DNA of 64,000 nucleotides from Octopus vulgaris (Eukaryota): NCBI GenBank assembly GCA_951406725.2, contig OX597833.1, positions 32,984,001 to 33,048,000 of the forward strand, read 5' to 3'. Shown piece by piece: positions 25,780 to 39,385 of this stretch (position 1 is its first letter; each line of letters starts with the position of its first letter). The notes under the pieces were generated by a model. It saw only the letters and a program-made list of their open reading frames with translations, ran no database searches and was not told where the DNA came from. The position numbers and the translations under genes were made by a program.

Positions 25780-26321
25780 CTGATAACATGAACAAACGAA
25801 TATTATGAATTGCTGTGGTTTGCCAGCCTAAGTACGAACTAACTTCGCTGCTTATCTAATTTGGCTGTGGTTTCAAACTAAGCTTAGACAACAAATATTC
25901 CTGATCTCTATGACACCACAGTGCATCATTATTGTCTTATTTTTACTATATTTGACTTGTGAAGCAAAGACATCTCGTTTTCTACCAAACAACATACAAA
26001 TCTATTTAGTTTTAGTATTTTTTCTAAGCCGCTTCGCTCATTTTCCTTCAAGAAAATTCTTCTCAATGGCTTTGCGTGGCCTGAGGCCGTAACAGCAGAC
26101 GCATGGACAAAATTTCCTACGGTCGATTCCAGTACGACACCAAGTAGTTGCGAAGCGAACATCTGAATCACGCAGTCTTGACGGTGTCTATGCTATATTG
26201 ACTGAATTACAGAACATAGAAAACAATAATTTGTCTGAGTTGCTGATAACCTTCATGAAGTTCTATAATGAGAAGTTCGCATTGAAGTGAAAGATGAAAG
26301 TTAACGGGAGAAAATGTGAGA

Positions 26322-26377
<56 letters not shown>

Positions 26378-26445
26378 CTGACAGACAGACAAAGAGAGAA
26401 AGAAACGCAGATAGAGAAACGAACAGCAGAATCAACACGACTCAC

Positions 26446-26545
26446 AGCCATTTTGAAGTCTCCGGTGGTGGTGACCTCTGACACTATTTTAGTCATTTCG
26501 CTTTTGATAGTTTCGCCAACCATGGTAGACACTTTATGAATGACG
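26446..26545 (-). CDS. Uncharacterised secreted helical protein, coding exon 3
   Basis: ctttcttcag| phase 2 ... |gtgagt phase 0; (S)VIHKVSTMVGETIKSEMTKIVSEVTTTGDFKMA. Confidence 0.9.
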
Positions 26546-26848
26546 CTGAAGAAAGACAGGAGAACAGATAAAAAACATTATGAGTTTGTTTCATTACATC
26601 GTGTGCAGAAATTTTCACAGGCACGAACAAAGATCACAAACACACTCACACACCATGACACAACATACCCACTGGTCTAGGAAAGGATTCTTTTTTCTGT
26701 CGAGGGCTTATATGCCCCTTTATTAGACTCTTTTCCTTAGTCATTGCACGGAGATCGCCATAAGCTTTAAGTTTATATAAAAATACCATTATTATTATTT
26801 ACAGGATTGTAAACTCGGCGCCGTATAAAAAAACCATTCGCACCGAAA

Positions 26849-26910
<62 letters not shown>

Positions 26911-27665
26911 GCATGTATGTATGTTTGCATGTATGTATGTATGTATGTATGTACGTACGTACGTATGTATTTATATACAGTGAGAGAAAGATAGAGTTAC
27001 GTGTATATATGTGTATATATATATTCATGTGAGTGTATATGTGTTATATATGTTACATATGTCGTATATGTTATATGTGTAAGATAAATGCATCTTGGTG
27101 GTTTATCAATGCTGTCGTTATTGCAACTGCTTACTCCAAACTCCAGTGTCCTGTATGGATGCAAGTCACACGTCTTACACAGTATTCATTATAAACATAC
27201 ATGTGGTATTGTAACTATCCTTCTACTTATTATTGCTGTGTACGACGGCGTTTTTATTATTGCCTGAATAATACTCGATATACTGATCACCGTCGTATCC
27301 GTTATCAAAGTTTCCATTTCGGTCATTCATGGAAGAAGAAAAGTTATTTCCAACCAAAGGATCAACCAGCCATTGTCAAAATGTCGATGCCTCTACGCCA
27401 ACAATCAGACACACAATGCATACATATAATGCACACAGATACACCCAATTAAAGGAATAAAAAAACCGTCTCGCTTTTTGTGATTTTCATTCCTTTTATC
27501 ATCATATTCCATAAAACATGAGTATTATTTAACTGTTTCTTTAGATACAAAGTTAATGTACGGAAGAGACTACTAAAGTTAACACATGCATACATTCACA
27601 TACATTTTAAATAAACACATGCACACACCCACACACGCCCAGAGAAATATCTATCTATATATATG

Positions 27666-27706
<41 letters not shown>

Positions 27707-27940
27707 ATTTACGTTACTATGTTTATGTATGTATGTATGTATGTACGTATGTATAATGTAACTTATTTGAAAAATATCAAATATAAAAGTGTAAGATTTT
27801 GCATCAATGTTTTCATTGTCTCCTTTGTACCTAACCTGCATTCGTCCGACTTTCTCAATCACTTTCAATTTTAATCCCCTTTCTAATCAGAAACATTACA
27901 CTTCTACAACACAAATATATATATATATATAATGTATGTG

Positions 27941-27972
<32 letters not shown>

Positions 27973-27979
27973 CACATAC

Positions 27980-28026
<47 letters not shown>

Positions 28027-28046
28027 TGTATATATGTATATACTCC

Positions 28047-28081
<35 letters not shown>

Positions 28082-28097
28082 TGTATATATGTATATA

Positions 28098-28138
<41 letters not shown>

Positions 28139-28156
28139 GTATATATATATACATAT

Positions 28157-28203
<47 letters not shown>

Positions 28204-28233
28204 CGTATTATATATATATGTATGTATGTAAGT

Positions 28234-28310
<77 letters not shown>

Positions 28311-28499
28311 AAGAAAGATAGAGAGATTATTATGTACACATATCAATTTTCCGTGCATTTTCAATCTGTCAAAACTCGAGGCTGTGGTAGAATCTTGCCC
28401 ATGATGCCACGCATTGGTATCGAATCAGAATATTGTAATTACGAAAAAACTTGTTAACAACACAACTATGCCTGCTACCTAATGTTCATGTCTACATAC

Positions 28500-28611
28500 C
28501 TGCGTTCGAATGGGGTGACGTGAAGTCCTTCGGCGGTGAGGGCGCTTTCCACTTCTTTTACGGCCATTGTCTCCAGTTCACTGGTAGCTTGACTGACAAG
28601 CAGGTCAAAAG
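28500..28611 (-). CDS. Uncharacterised secreted helical protein, coding exon 2
   Basis: ttccgttttcag| phase 1 ... AG|gtatgt phase 2; (A)FDLLVSQATSELETMAVKEVESALTAEGLHVTPFER. Confidence 0.9.
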
Positions 28612-30429
28612 CTGAAAACGGAAAAAAACTGGTAGGATGGAGTAAGTGGATTAAGTGAAAAGCAAAGTTGATCGCAGTTGGATTTGAACTGAGAATTTCA
28701 ATAACCGGAAGAATTATCGAATCTTTAACGATTTGCCATAATAATAAGATTTGGGTCAACTAACCGGGCAGGTCCTTAAACCCAGTTGTCGCATGCACTG
28801 AAGCCTTCGCCGTCGTGTACCATATCGACAGAAAGTTAGCCTCATAAATTCCAAACCTGCTGAGTGTTAACCCGAGGGTAGATGAGTCATTGAGGAGCAC
28901 TATTTGTATGCAGACTCGACTTGCTAGAAACAGCATTCAAATCTCACTCAAATTATGCCCTGATTTCATTAAAAAAAATAAGGATATAATAGATAAAGTG
29001 ACTTCTTGAATAGTCATAACTGAAATGGTTTAATCACTTTTGTTCGGTGACGGCTAACCAGAAGCTGAAGAATAACAACAACGGTAACACAGGGATTGGA
29101 ATAGAAGATGGTTCTGAGTGTTATCAAAAGATTCATCATATTATACAATGCCGCTATAATAGTAAAACGGGTATGATTTGCCTTCGCTCCCCACATTACA
29201 TGTTTAGAGTGTGACTGGTTCGTTATCTGTTGAGAGATAAATGTTTCATCAAACTATAGAATCAACCAATTGTGACTTCAAAACTGGAAGTGGAAGGGAT
29301 TAAGAAATCAACAAGTACGACTGCAGCAACAATTACTAGTCAATATTGTTTACTAAAAAGTTAAGTTGGATTTAGCACTAGCTTTAATGACAGGTTTCAA
29401 ACTTCGCGTAAACAGGCAAACTTTAAATGCCATTGGCTGTCAACTAGAGCTTAATTTAGATGTTATAGTTAATTATTAGCAAAGTCGTCTCACCAAAAAT
29501 TGTGTCTTTGGATTACCTTCTGTCATATTTCTGGCAATAATTTCCATTAATTCATTTCCGACTTTAAATTACAGTTTTTTTTTTTACTCTAGACGTCAGG
29601 AGAATTATTATTTTTTTAAATATATATAAAAGAACATAAAATACACAGATTAGTGTATAAGAGATATCAGCCAGCATCTTTTGCGTGTATTAGCTTTAAT
29701 ACATCGTGACTATATTTCTCGATAGTTGAGCAAACGACATTTTGTCAGATATTGTGCATTTAATAAACCTCATAGGATAATTACTGCTTTTTATTCCGCC
29801 GTATTAACAGAAATAACTTCGTGATCAAGTCAGAGTGACAAATGAAAATAACAACAGAACTCAGGTGATCTTCAATGAGAGGTAAGCTATTGATCGGCAA
29901 ATATAATCTGATTCAAGTGCGTGTGTATGTGCGTGTGTGTGTGCGTGTGCGTATGTCTGTGTTTGTGTTTGTATGTGTATGTATATGTGTGTATAGACTT
30001 TACAAGCACACACACACTTATATGCAAACATGTATGCATATGTGTACATACATACATGCATACGTACATACACATATACACACGTACACACATTCACACG
30101 CACACATATATATCATAAAAGTCAGGAGGTATGAGAGGTAAATATATTTAACCACTTATTCTCAGAATAACAAGTGGTTAAATTCATTTCCCAAACCTCC
30201 TCACATTTTTTTTTATTTATATACACCTCATGAAATAATATAATCAGTCGGATCTCCTGAATTCCATTTGCATGGGACTCTGCATTATACTCCTCCATAT
30301 TGAATTACTATGTGGTCTGCTAACTGAGTCTGCTAGAAGAGTTTTCTGTGAAAACTATTCGATTCTCTCAAACCGTATATTAGACTAACCATACACATAT
30401 GCACACATGCAAATACACGCAAGCACGCA

Positions 30430-30490
<61 letters not shown>

Positions 30491-30607
30491 ACTCACACGC
30501 ACACACTCACACACGCACACACAGAGAAATATATTCAATTTAACTGCATGAGATAAAATGTTAACTGTTAGTGCCGCTTTCCGAATAAATACAAAGACGA
30601 CGCTTAC

Positions 30608-30683
30608 CTTCTCTTTCAATCATGTTTTTGATTGAAAAGGCTTGAGCACAAGCAACGAGCAAGATTGCGAGGAAAAATTTCAT
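30608..30683 (-). CDS. Uncharacterised secreted helical protein, coding exon 1 (signal peptide)
   Basis: atatttcag| acceptor (exon starts 30691), ATG at 30683; MKFFLAILLVACAQA-FSIKNMIERE (signal peptide with AxA site); G|gtaagc phase 1. Confidence 0.9.
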
Positions 30684-31175
30684 CCTGGATGCTGAAATAT
30701 AGCAAAATATAAAAATTATTAAAAGACGAGAAAAAAAACACGTGTATCATTGTTTAGGGCGGGATCTAGCAGATTATATATGAACCCGAAGTTTTGACTC
30801 TGTGTATTATTTTATCGAGCTCATACGTATGAAAGATAAAGTTGGCCTCAGCCTGTCACTTGGTATTAATCACGGATCAGAGTGTTAATCGTGTTGTAAA
30901 AGCGATAATCCCTGCAATTCAGTGTCTTTACGGAGACATCATTTACTGAATGCCCTATGACAATGACAAAGTGGCGACTTGTGCAGACCTAATCAATTGG
31001 AAGGGGACAGTCAAATACAACTTCCGCCTGCCACACACACACACACACACAGATCTGCAAGGTGGCTCATTAGCCATCTGATGGGTCATTGACAGAAAGT
31101 CAGAAATGTTATTTATAACAAAGAAGCACAAGACAGAAAGATGATAATCATTTGTAAAGATGGAGCAATAAACAC

Positions 31176-31218
<43 letters not shown>

Positions 31219-31235
31219 TATATATATACACATAC

Positions 31236-31269
<34 letters not shown>

Positions 31270-31281
31270 ATACATATATAC

Positions 31282-31325
<44 letters not shown>

Positions 31326-31561
31326 GTATATACATATACACATAGTATATATATATATATGGTGGGGAGGCATTCACACATGCATGTATATAGCGAGACA
31401 CTCACACAGAGAATATATACAGATTAATATACATATAGGTTTATAAATATATATATATGAATTTAAATGTCTATACATGCCAAGATAGAGAAATAAAATA
31501 CGCATATGTGTATATACATATATGCATACATACACATATATACAGATAGATACAGAGAGAG

Positions 31562-31606
<45 letters not shown>

Positions 31607-31745
31607 GAGAAAAAGGGGCTGAGATTTGGGGAAACAAACAGAGGGTGAGACAAAGAAAGAGGAAGAGAAGTAGACTAGCAGACAAACAGTCGGTCGAGAC
31701 TGAAATTGCCGTTGCTGTATGTCATATTACAAGCCATTAACTTAC

Positions 31746-31803
31746 CTCTTGAGGTAATCTTGATGACAACCGTGCCCTGTCTACCGAAGCGGTTGTATTT
31801 ATA
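31746..31803 (-). promoter_or_regulatory. TATA box and short non-coding first exon of the secreted-protein gene
   Basis: TATAAATA 31803-31796, CA dinucleotide about 30 nt downstream (31773), then aagag|gtaagt consensus donor at 31746/31745; supplies the donor required by the acceptor at 30691. Confidence 0.7.
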
Positions 31804-32174
31804 GTAGTTCGAGCCTAATGCAGAGCAGATAAAACTCTTGAAGCTGCTGGTGGTTTTCCCATACCGCAAGGTCATCTACCATTTCGTGATAAATCACGTC
31901 CTTATTATGTTATCTCTGTGTACGTGTGTGTGCTTACAGCTATATCTTTGAGACTGCGTGGTTTATGGATATGTAATTTTGTTCGCGTGTTTTTTTCGTG
32001 TTTGTGTGTGTATCTGTGCGTGAGCTTGTGTATGTGAGTGTATTTCTGTTGTGTAGGTATTTCTGTATGTCTGCCTATGTGTCTGCTTGTCTGTCAGCAA
32101 GAATATTTACGTATGTAAGCATATACTTGTGCGCGCGGGCGTGTGTGTGCGCGAGCGATATTTGTGTGTACATA

Positions 32175-32968
32175 CAGGGGTGGGACAAAATAATGGAAAC
32201 ACATAGCATCATAGCATCAAAAGATTTTCAGACATCATCAGAAAAAGGTAACTAAAATTCATTAAAATGACAAATCTATCGAACTTTCAAAGAAGTCAAA
32301 TTGTTGGTGTTCGTATGGCAGGCGCTAGCGTAACGAAAACAGCCGAAATGTTTGGTGTATCAAGAAATACTGTCTCGAAAGTAATGACAGCCTTTGAGAA
32401 AGAGTTAAAAACCATCTCGTCGAAACAAAACTCTGGAAGAAAACCAAAACTTTCAGATTGGGACCGTCGAACTCTTACGCAAATTGTTAGAAAGGATCAC
32501 AAAAGTACAGGTCCCAAAATTACAGCAGAGCTTAATGATCGCCTCAAGAACCCAGTTTCCACAAAAGCTGTTTGCCGGGAGCTGACAAAACCGGATTTCA
32601 CGGGAGGGATGCAATCAGAAAACCACTACTTTCAAAAACAAACGTTGCAAAACATTTAGAGTGAAGTAAAAACCTACGGAATTGGTCCCTAGAGCAGTGG
32701 AAGAATGTTATTTTCTCAGACGAGTAATCCTTTACCTTATTTCCGACCACCGGCCGAGTATTTGTGTGGTGACAGCCAAAAGAAGCATTTGATCCAGACT
32801 GCCTTTTTCCAACTGTTAAACATGTAGGAGAATTTGTAATGATCTGGTGGGGGGGGGGGCTATATCTTGGAAATCTGCCAGCCCAATGGTTTCCCTTCAT
32901 GGCAGAATTAATAGTCAAGACTACTTAAGCATTTTATCTGATCAAATTCATCCTATGGTTGCGGAACA
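32175..32968 (+). mobile_element. Tc1-like transposon, 3'-truncated and degenerate
   Basis: TA|CAGGGGTGGGACAAAATAATGGAAAC end; ORF 32267-32659 with paired-like HTH and SGRKPKLS; later FSDE* and VMIW motifs. Confidence 0.85.
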
Positions 32969-33784
32969 AATATTCTGCTCAAATACCTCAGATTTGCTTG
33001 TCAGTTGTTTGACCTTAACCATTTGATCATGTCTCTTAGTGGTTGACGATATGTACATCTCTGATCACGACCACAAGTAGTGGGGGAACATCATAGCCAC
33101 GTCTTGAAAGGTTCTTTGGGGTTTGGATAATTCACCTCTGGAAACATGGGCGTTTCGTTCAAATCCTTAAACAACACTTATTCAGCGAACTTTTGAGCTT
33201 TTGAGTGGGATGGGCTACTAATAAAAAGATGCCCTGATGCAGTACCAGGCAGTGGCTCTCATGGCTTCTGATCTTAACTGATTGGAAGTGTTATCATGTA
33301 CATTGTTTTGTCTTGGTATAAAAGATGGGCTACAGCAAATATTCTGCTCAATACCACAGATTTGCTTGTCAGTTGTTTCACCTTAACCAGTTGAGCATGT
33401 CCCTTAGTGGCTGACGATATGTGCATCTCTGATCACGAGCAGAAGTAGTGGGGGAGCATCATAGCCATGTGTTGAGAGGGATTCTTTGGGGTTTGAATAG
33501 TTCACCTCTGGGAACATGGGTGGTTCTTTCAACATCCTTAAACAACCCTTATTCAGGGACCGTTTGAGCGGGATGGGCTACTCAACCTGAAGAAAATTCT
33601 AACTGGGCCCCACCTGCAAGGTCATGTGCTGTTTATCTTGATATGAGATCACCATGTCGCGCACATATGGTTGTGATGCATGTGCCTGGTGTACCTTTAT
33701 CAGACGGGTAGTCATGATGGGTATATTGGGCTTCGTATATTTTACCCCAGTGTCACTTTGATGACATGAACTGCTCTCTCACTC

Positions 33785-33815
<31 letters not shown>
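32969..33815 (+). repeat. Two tandem copies of a LINE 3'-UTR-like repeat ending in (AAT)n
   Basis: caaatattctgctca...gggatgggctact occurs at 32967-33220 and 33336-33582; ends ctcactc(aat)n. Confidence 0.6.
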
Positions 33816-33816
<1 letters not shown>

Positions 33817-33818
<2 letters not shown>

Positions 33819-34032
33819 GTTTCAAATTTTTCCACAAGAGCAGCAATTTTGTGAGAGGGGAGGAGCCCATTACATCAACCCCAGTCTTAAACTGTTACTT
33901 ATTTTATCGACCCCGAAAGGGTGAAAGGCAAAGTCGATCTCGGCGGAATTTGAACTCAGGGCAGGATGACAGGCGAAATGCCGCTGAGCATTTCGTCCAG
34001 CGTGCTGACGATTCTGCTAGCTCGCCACCTTA
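33817..34032 (-). mobile_element. tRNA-derived SINE (family B)
   Basis: Reverse complement of the 14905-15122 family. Confidence 0.75.
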
Positions 34033-34049
34033 ATAATAATGATAATGAT

Positions 34050-34582
34050 ATAACTGGAATTAACAATGAAGATTGCCACAATTAACCTCGGCACCTAACT
34101 GAAAAACTTTGATGACTGGATGTTAGAGGCAAAGAAAATGAATTCCAAATACAACAAATACCAGAATTAGACGTACTAGAATCAAACACAGAAAAAGCTA
34201 AGTATATGAAAATTCGTGCTGAAACTACTGCCTTAGATATTCTTACTGATTATTGGCAAGAAAAGCCTCTCAATTACAAATACCCAAAGAAATCTAATAA
34301 TGCCGATGTTGACAAACCCCTTACCCATCAATGGTTAGTGCCGCCTAGCTTAAAATCAGAGATAAAATAGTGTATCATAGCAGCCCAAGATCAATGACTA
34401 CCTACAATGAGCTACCAGGCCAACATCTTAAAGATCAGCAGTAGCCCAACACGTGTATGTAAACAACAAAATGAAACCATCGATCATCTTGTCTCCATGT
34501 GTAATCTTCTTGCACCTACAGAGTATCTCAAGAGGCATGACAGAGCAGCACAGTATATTCACCGTGTAATTTGCAAAGACTG
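34050..34582 (+). mobile_element. R4/Dong-like RLE retrotransposon fragment
   Basis: IIAAQDQ-like motif, RVCKQQNETIDHLVSMC zinc motif and YLKRHD. Confidence 0.7.
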
Positions 34583-34584
34583 CA

Positions 34585-36790
34585 ATGTTTTTTATTAACT
34601 ACTAAGGGTTCACAAAACATACATTGGGGGCGGTTGAAGACAATACAATATGGTGTTAGTTAAAATGAAGCGTGTAAACAGTGATAACGATAGCAAAATA
34701 AATTTTAACAACGAAAAATTCCCCAAAAGAAGTAGACTCCCTAGGGCTGCTCTTGGAAATCCCACAAAGCCACAAAGACCCTAACCACTAGGGTAAGTGC
34801 CCTCTCCTCATCATGTATAGGCGCATTCACCCAACTCTCAACAAAATTGCCGGGAGGCAGCACCTCTCTAACCTCACTTTCCATTTCAAGTGAAACTTGA
34901 AAATGTTGGTGAAGGCTTTGTCAAATAGCTTGGCACAGTGAGAGTGACGTGTTCAACTTCCAATAACCGGACCCCTGCCTACGAAATCTATTTAAGCCAG
35001 CCTTGCATCCGTGTATCCGAGGATTTTTAAAAGTGAACAACTTATACTATCCTTAACCTCTGGTTCACAGAATACTCTATCTAAATAAGACTTAGATACG
35101 ATTCGTCCATTTCCACACTGGCACATTCGGGAAAATCAGTCGGTACCTGTTAAAGAGTTGAAAATGTCTGGGTAGGTTTGCGAGGTTTTGCACCCCACTC
35201 TTCTAACATTCAACCCCACATAATCTAAGAGTGTGTCCTCGATCGAATTCTTGTGACCCATTAACTCTAAAGGTTAAGACGTTCTCAGGAAAACTTCCAG
35301 ACGTTTGAAGAAATCCGTCTGTCCTTCTCTTGTCTGAGCATAAACAACCAGCAGTGTGAAAGCGCCCCCGTCACTACTGTTCGCATCCAGGATCACCAAC
35401 TTACCTTCTGGGTATAGGAAGATGTCCTTTATCCCGTGATCCAAACCTCTCCGAAACAACACCACAGTTCCACCTCCCGCTACCGGTTGACATGGAGATA
35501 AGTAAATTTCGTATCCTCTGAAAATGTGCTTGAAAGCTTGTCGGTCGGAGAGTCCGGTTTTACTGATAGCTACACGAGGTCAGTGAGTAGGTGGCCTTGT
35601 TTCCAAGGTGACCCCACAGGCCACATACGTTTATACTGTCTATTCTGTGCAAGGCCATGTTGGACAATGAAATACTTACCGTGCTTTTGTGAGGGGTGGG
35701 AGAAATGTGCTGTACAAATAGAACACATTTCTTCCATTAAAAGTGGAAGATCAGACGCTCGAGTTTTATCACACATGAACTTTGGCAAAGCATAACAGTC
35801 AAGCGATGGTAGATGGCGGAGGTGAGTTAGGCTTTCGCTCTCTCTGCCAACCTTTCAAAGATAACTTCCTTTCGGTCCATTTCTAGGTAAAATTGGACAC
35901 ATCTTTTCTCATCCCGAGGATCTGGGATAAAAGTGTCCTCGGGAAATTTCGGTTTGGCAGTCCAGCTATCCATGGTGCAGTTTGACGGCAAGAATATGCC
36001 TCACCAGAAGTCTTACAGCAGGACTTTTTGGCCACTAGTGTAGGGATTCTGTCACTGTCTCGTAGTCTTCTAAAGCGGAGCCAATCACATTGACGGTGAC
36101 ACTATGGCGGTGACGTCCGCATATGCCAACACAGATCTTAGGTATACAATTTTGTGCCGGATGACCCTTACGTTCTCTATTCTCCGATGTAGTGACTCAA
36201 GAATCAGTACATACAGAAGACACAAGAGGGGACAATCTTAAAAGTCTGAGCGCATGATACGAAAGTTGATTATTCACCATAACCACCAAGATGCGATCCA
36301 GCACCTGAAGACAGGACGAAAACTAATTGCCGTGAAGACGGCAGTTAGTGCATTGGTTGATAACTCAATCAAAGGCTTTTGATTGATCTAACTTGATTAA
36401 AGACCCGCCGATGACACCCTCCTTACCCACTCTTCGTACGATGTATCGCATGAGATGTAGATGGTCGTGGATAGATCTGTTCGGGTTAGCACATATCTGC
36501 GCATTATCGATCAGACCACCGACGACAAGCGCCAACTAGCGTCTTGGCCAAAATCTTTGAATATGCATTTAACAAGAGTTGTGAGCAAAAACCTTTCTTA
36601 GCAGTGCCACAATTTATCGGCTGACAGAAGTAGAAATTCTCTCGTTATTACCAGTTGCAGTAGAAATCTGCCGAACAAGTCGGCATTATAATTAAAGTTC
36701 GTAAAAGTAAGGCTAGTCAAACCAGACGGTTTGCTCTCGCATAACCGTCCATTGGTTCTTGTATTAAGTGACTGTTATCAGCCAAAACTG
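34585..36790 (-). mobile_element. Degenerate, rearranged Tx1/L1-type LINE
   Basis: LDQSKAFD (about 36390-36370), VLAYAD (about 36132-36115), endonuclease peptide 35274-35465, and a 3' end similar to 45060-45250. Confidence 0.7.
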
Positions 36791-37334
36791 ACCATATTCT
36801 TTCCCCAATAGAATAAGATGTGTGTATCTAAAGTCTGTGACACCTTAATGATTAAATAATTAACTAAAAAGAAAGTGGAAAGCAACTAACAAGAAATTAG
36901 CAAAAAAAAGCAGAATGTAAGTAAGGCTGAAATAGAAAATTAATATTGAAAGGTAAACTCACTTAAGAGCAACAGTATATTATAAATAACTTTATTAAAT
37001 TAAATTTTGAAGTTAAAAAATATGTTGTATAATATAAGCACTTTTGCCCATAGAGACACATCCAGAAATGTCGACATTCAATCAAATGGGTTTAGAATTT
37101 TAAAGAAAATAAAGATGAAATAGAGTTGTTTTTATGCAAATTTATTTCTTGCAATCATTAATTTTTATAAGCAAAAAAAAATATTGATTTCATAACAAGT
37201 AACAACAAACACAATATAATCATCATTTTCAATTTGCAACATGGCTTCCAAGCGATAACAGATTGCAAGTCCCCAGAATTAGGTTCATGAATATGTATTC
37301 ATTCACACACACACACACACATACACATATATAC

Positions 37335-37424
<90 letters not shown>

Positions 37425-37497
37425 TTATTTTATTTTATTTATTAGGGAATAAAATTCCGGCATCATAGGGATGAATTATTCTCAATAAGGAAATATA

Positions 37498-38527
37498 TGT
37501 TATTTAGAGATAGCAGTCACCATGCAAAATATACATCGCACCAAATAAAAGAATTTTATTATAATACTTACTAATCATTTCTAAATTTCTCTTCTACACG
37601 TGTTTCTTGAGGTTCATTTTACGGTTTCCGTTAGCATGCAGTGTTTTACAGGAACATTTCTTAAAACGCAACCCCAACCGTCAGGCCTCTAAATAACTTT
37701 ATTATAATTCAATACCAATTTCAAAATTTTAATATTTTAACAGTTACGAATGTAATTAACAGACAAATATGCATATGTGCAGATAAATTCGCCGAAACTT
37801 ACTGTGCAAGCCATAATTTAATTGATTAAAAATAAAAAATTTTCAAAACTAAATTCAAGCGTGACTTATGCCTATAAACATTCATATAAATTAATAATAT
37901 GTAGGAATGAAAATTAAGATATATACTAGTGATGATATAATGATGAAAACAATGATAAATAAATATATCCGATTAAAAACTATAGTTAAAAGTGGACGTA
38001 AACAAATGCGGATGAATGACAAAATGCAAAAAGATATATAATGAAATCAATAGGAGAAAAAAATTTTACAAATGATAAAATCTAATAATTTACAAAGTAA
38101 AATTTAGAGCGTAATAACGTAAAAATAACGTAAAAAATATTGTAAAACAAATGTTGTAAAAATATCGTAAAAAATATGTATGTACAAACTACCGTTGACT
38201 ACCATGGTCATACTACGTGCTAAGTTCAGCTTAACGTCGCAAGGCTCGGCGAAAATATCTACCCTACCACCTACTTGCTGCTTCTTTTAAACTATTGCTT
38301 AATTAGGAAATAAAAAGATGCATCATGGGAGCATTACTTTCTTTAATTTCGTATTATTCCCACCCTTTACTGAGTTTAAGAAATGTTCCTGTAAAAGACT
38401 GCGTGTTTAAGGAACGGTAAAAGAACCTCAAGAAACACGTGTAGAAAAGAAATTTAGAAATGATTAGTAAGTATTAAAATAAAATTATTTGGTGTGATGT
38501 ATATTTTGCATGGGGACTGCTATCTCT

Positions 38528-38535
<8 letters not shown>
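37498..38535. repeat. Inverted pair of Penelope-type repeats (37498-37668 / 38374-38535)
   Basis: About 165-bp arms are reverse-complementary; both contain GAAACACGTGTA. Confidence 0.8.
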
Positions 38536-38595
<60 letters not shown>

Positions 38596-38818
38596 GTAGG
38601 GAATATAATTCCAAACTTACAGGGAAACATTCAATTTAACAGTTCTAAATCAAATTTCACAATATATAATATATGTATATAATTTAGAGAAAAACCTCTA
38701 TTAAGCGATTTAGTAGTGAAAGACGTTATTCACACCATGTAGAAAAAATAAATATTCTATAGAAACCTTTTTCTAAAAATCAATAAAGTACTTAAACAAT
38801 AGATAGTAAATAATAGTA

Positions 38819-38938
38819 AACAGACTACCCGTGTTTCGTGGCTATATTTTCTAATAGATAATAAAATCAATTCGATTTAAAATTAAATCGATCTAAAATT
38901 AATTCTATTTAAAAATATAGTCACTCATCAGGTCTGTT
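38819..38938 (-). ncRNA. Hammerhead ribozyme motif with intact core
   Basis: Minus strand: aacagac CTGATGA gtgactatatttt...aaaatatagccac GAAAC acgg GTA gtctgtt. Perfect 7-bp stem I and an 87-nt stem II region. Confidence 0.85.
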
Positions 38939-39287
38939 GTCATAGATTCCCTGGGAATGATAGCAAAAGGGGCTGATTGCTACCTAACTCAGATACCAGG
39001 AATCCCCAAAATGGCAGAAATTCAAAAGATTGTGCTCTTGGGAACTGCTCATATCCTACGCAAAATACTTTCCATGTAATCTCAAGTTTTAAAGCAAACA
39101 TAATTTTCGTATGGTTTTTTTAGACATTCACTAGTACAACACTAATTACAAAATCAAATATATGCCACCCTAGGCATAACACCAACACGAACTTCCAGCT
39201 TGTTGTCTCTTGAGGTCTCTGGGTGAGACTTGGAGCCAGCATGTGCAAATGTGAAGCAAAAGTCAAACATAGAGTAATAATAATAAT

Positions 39288-39385
<98 letters not shown>

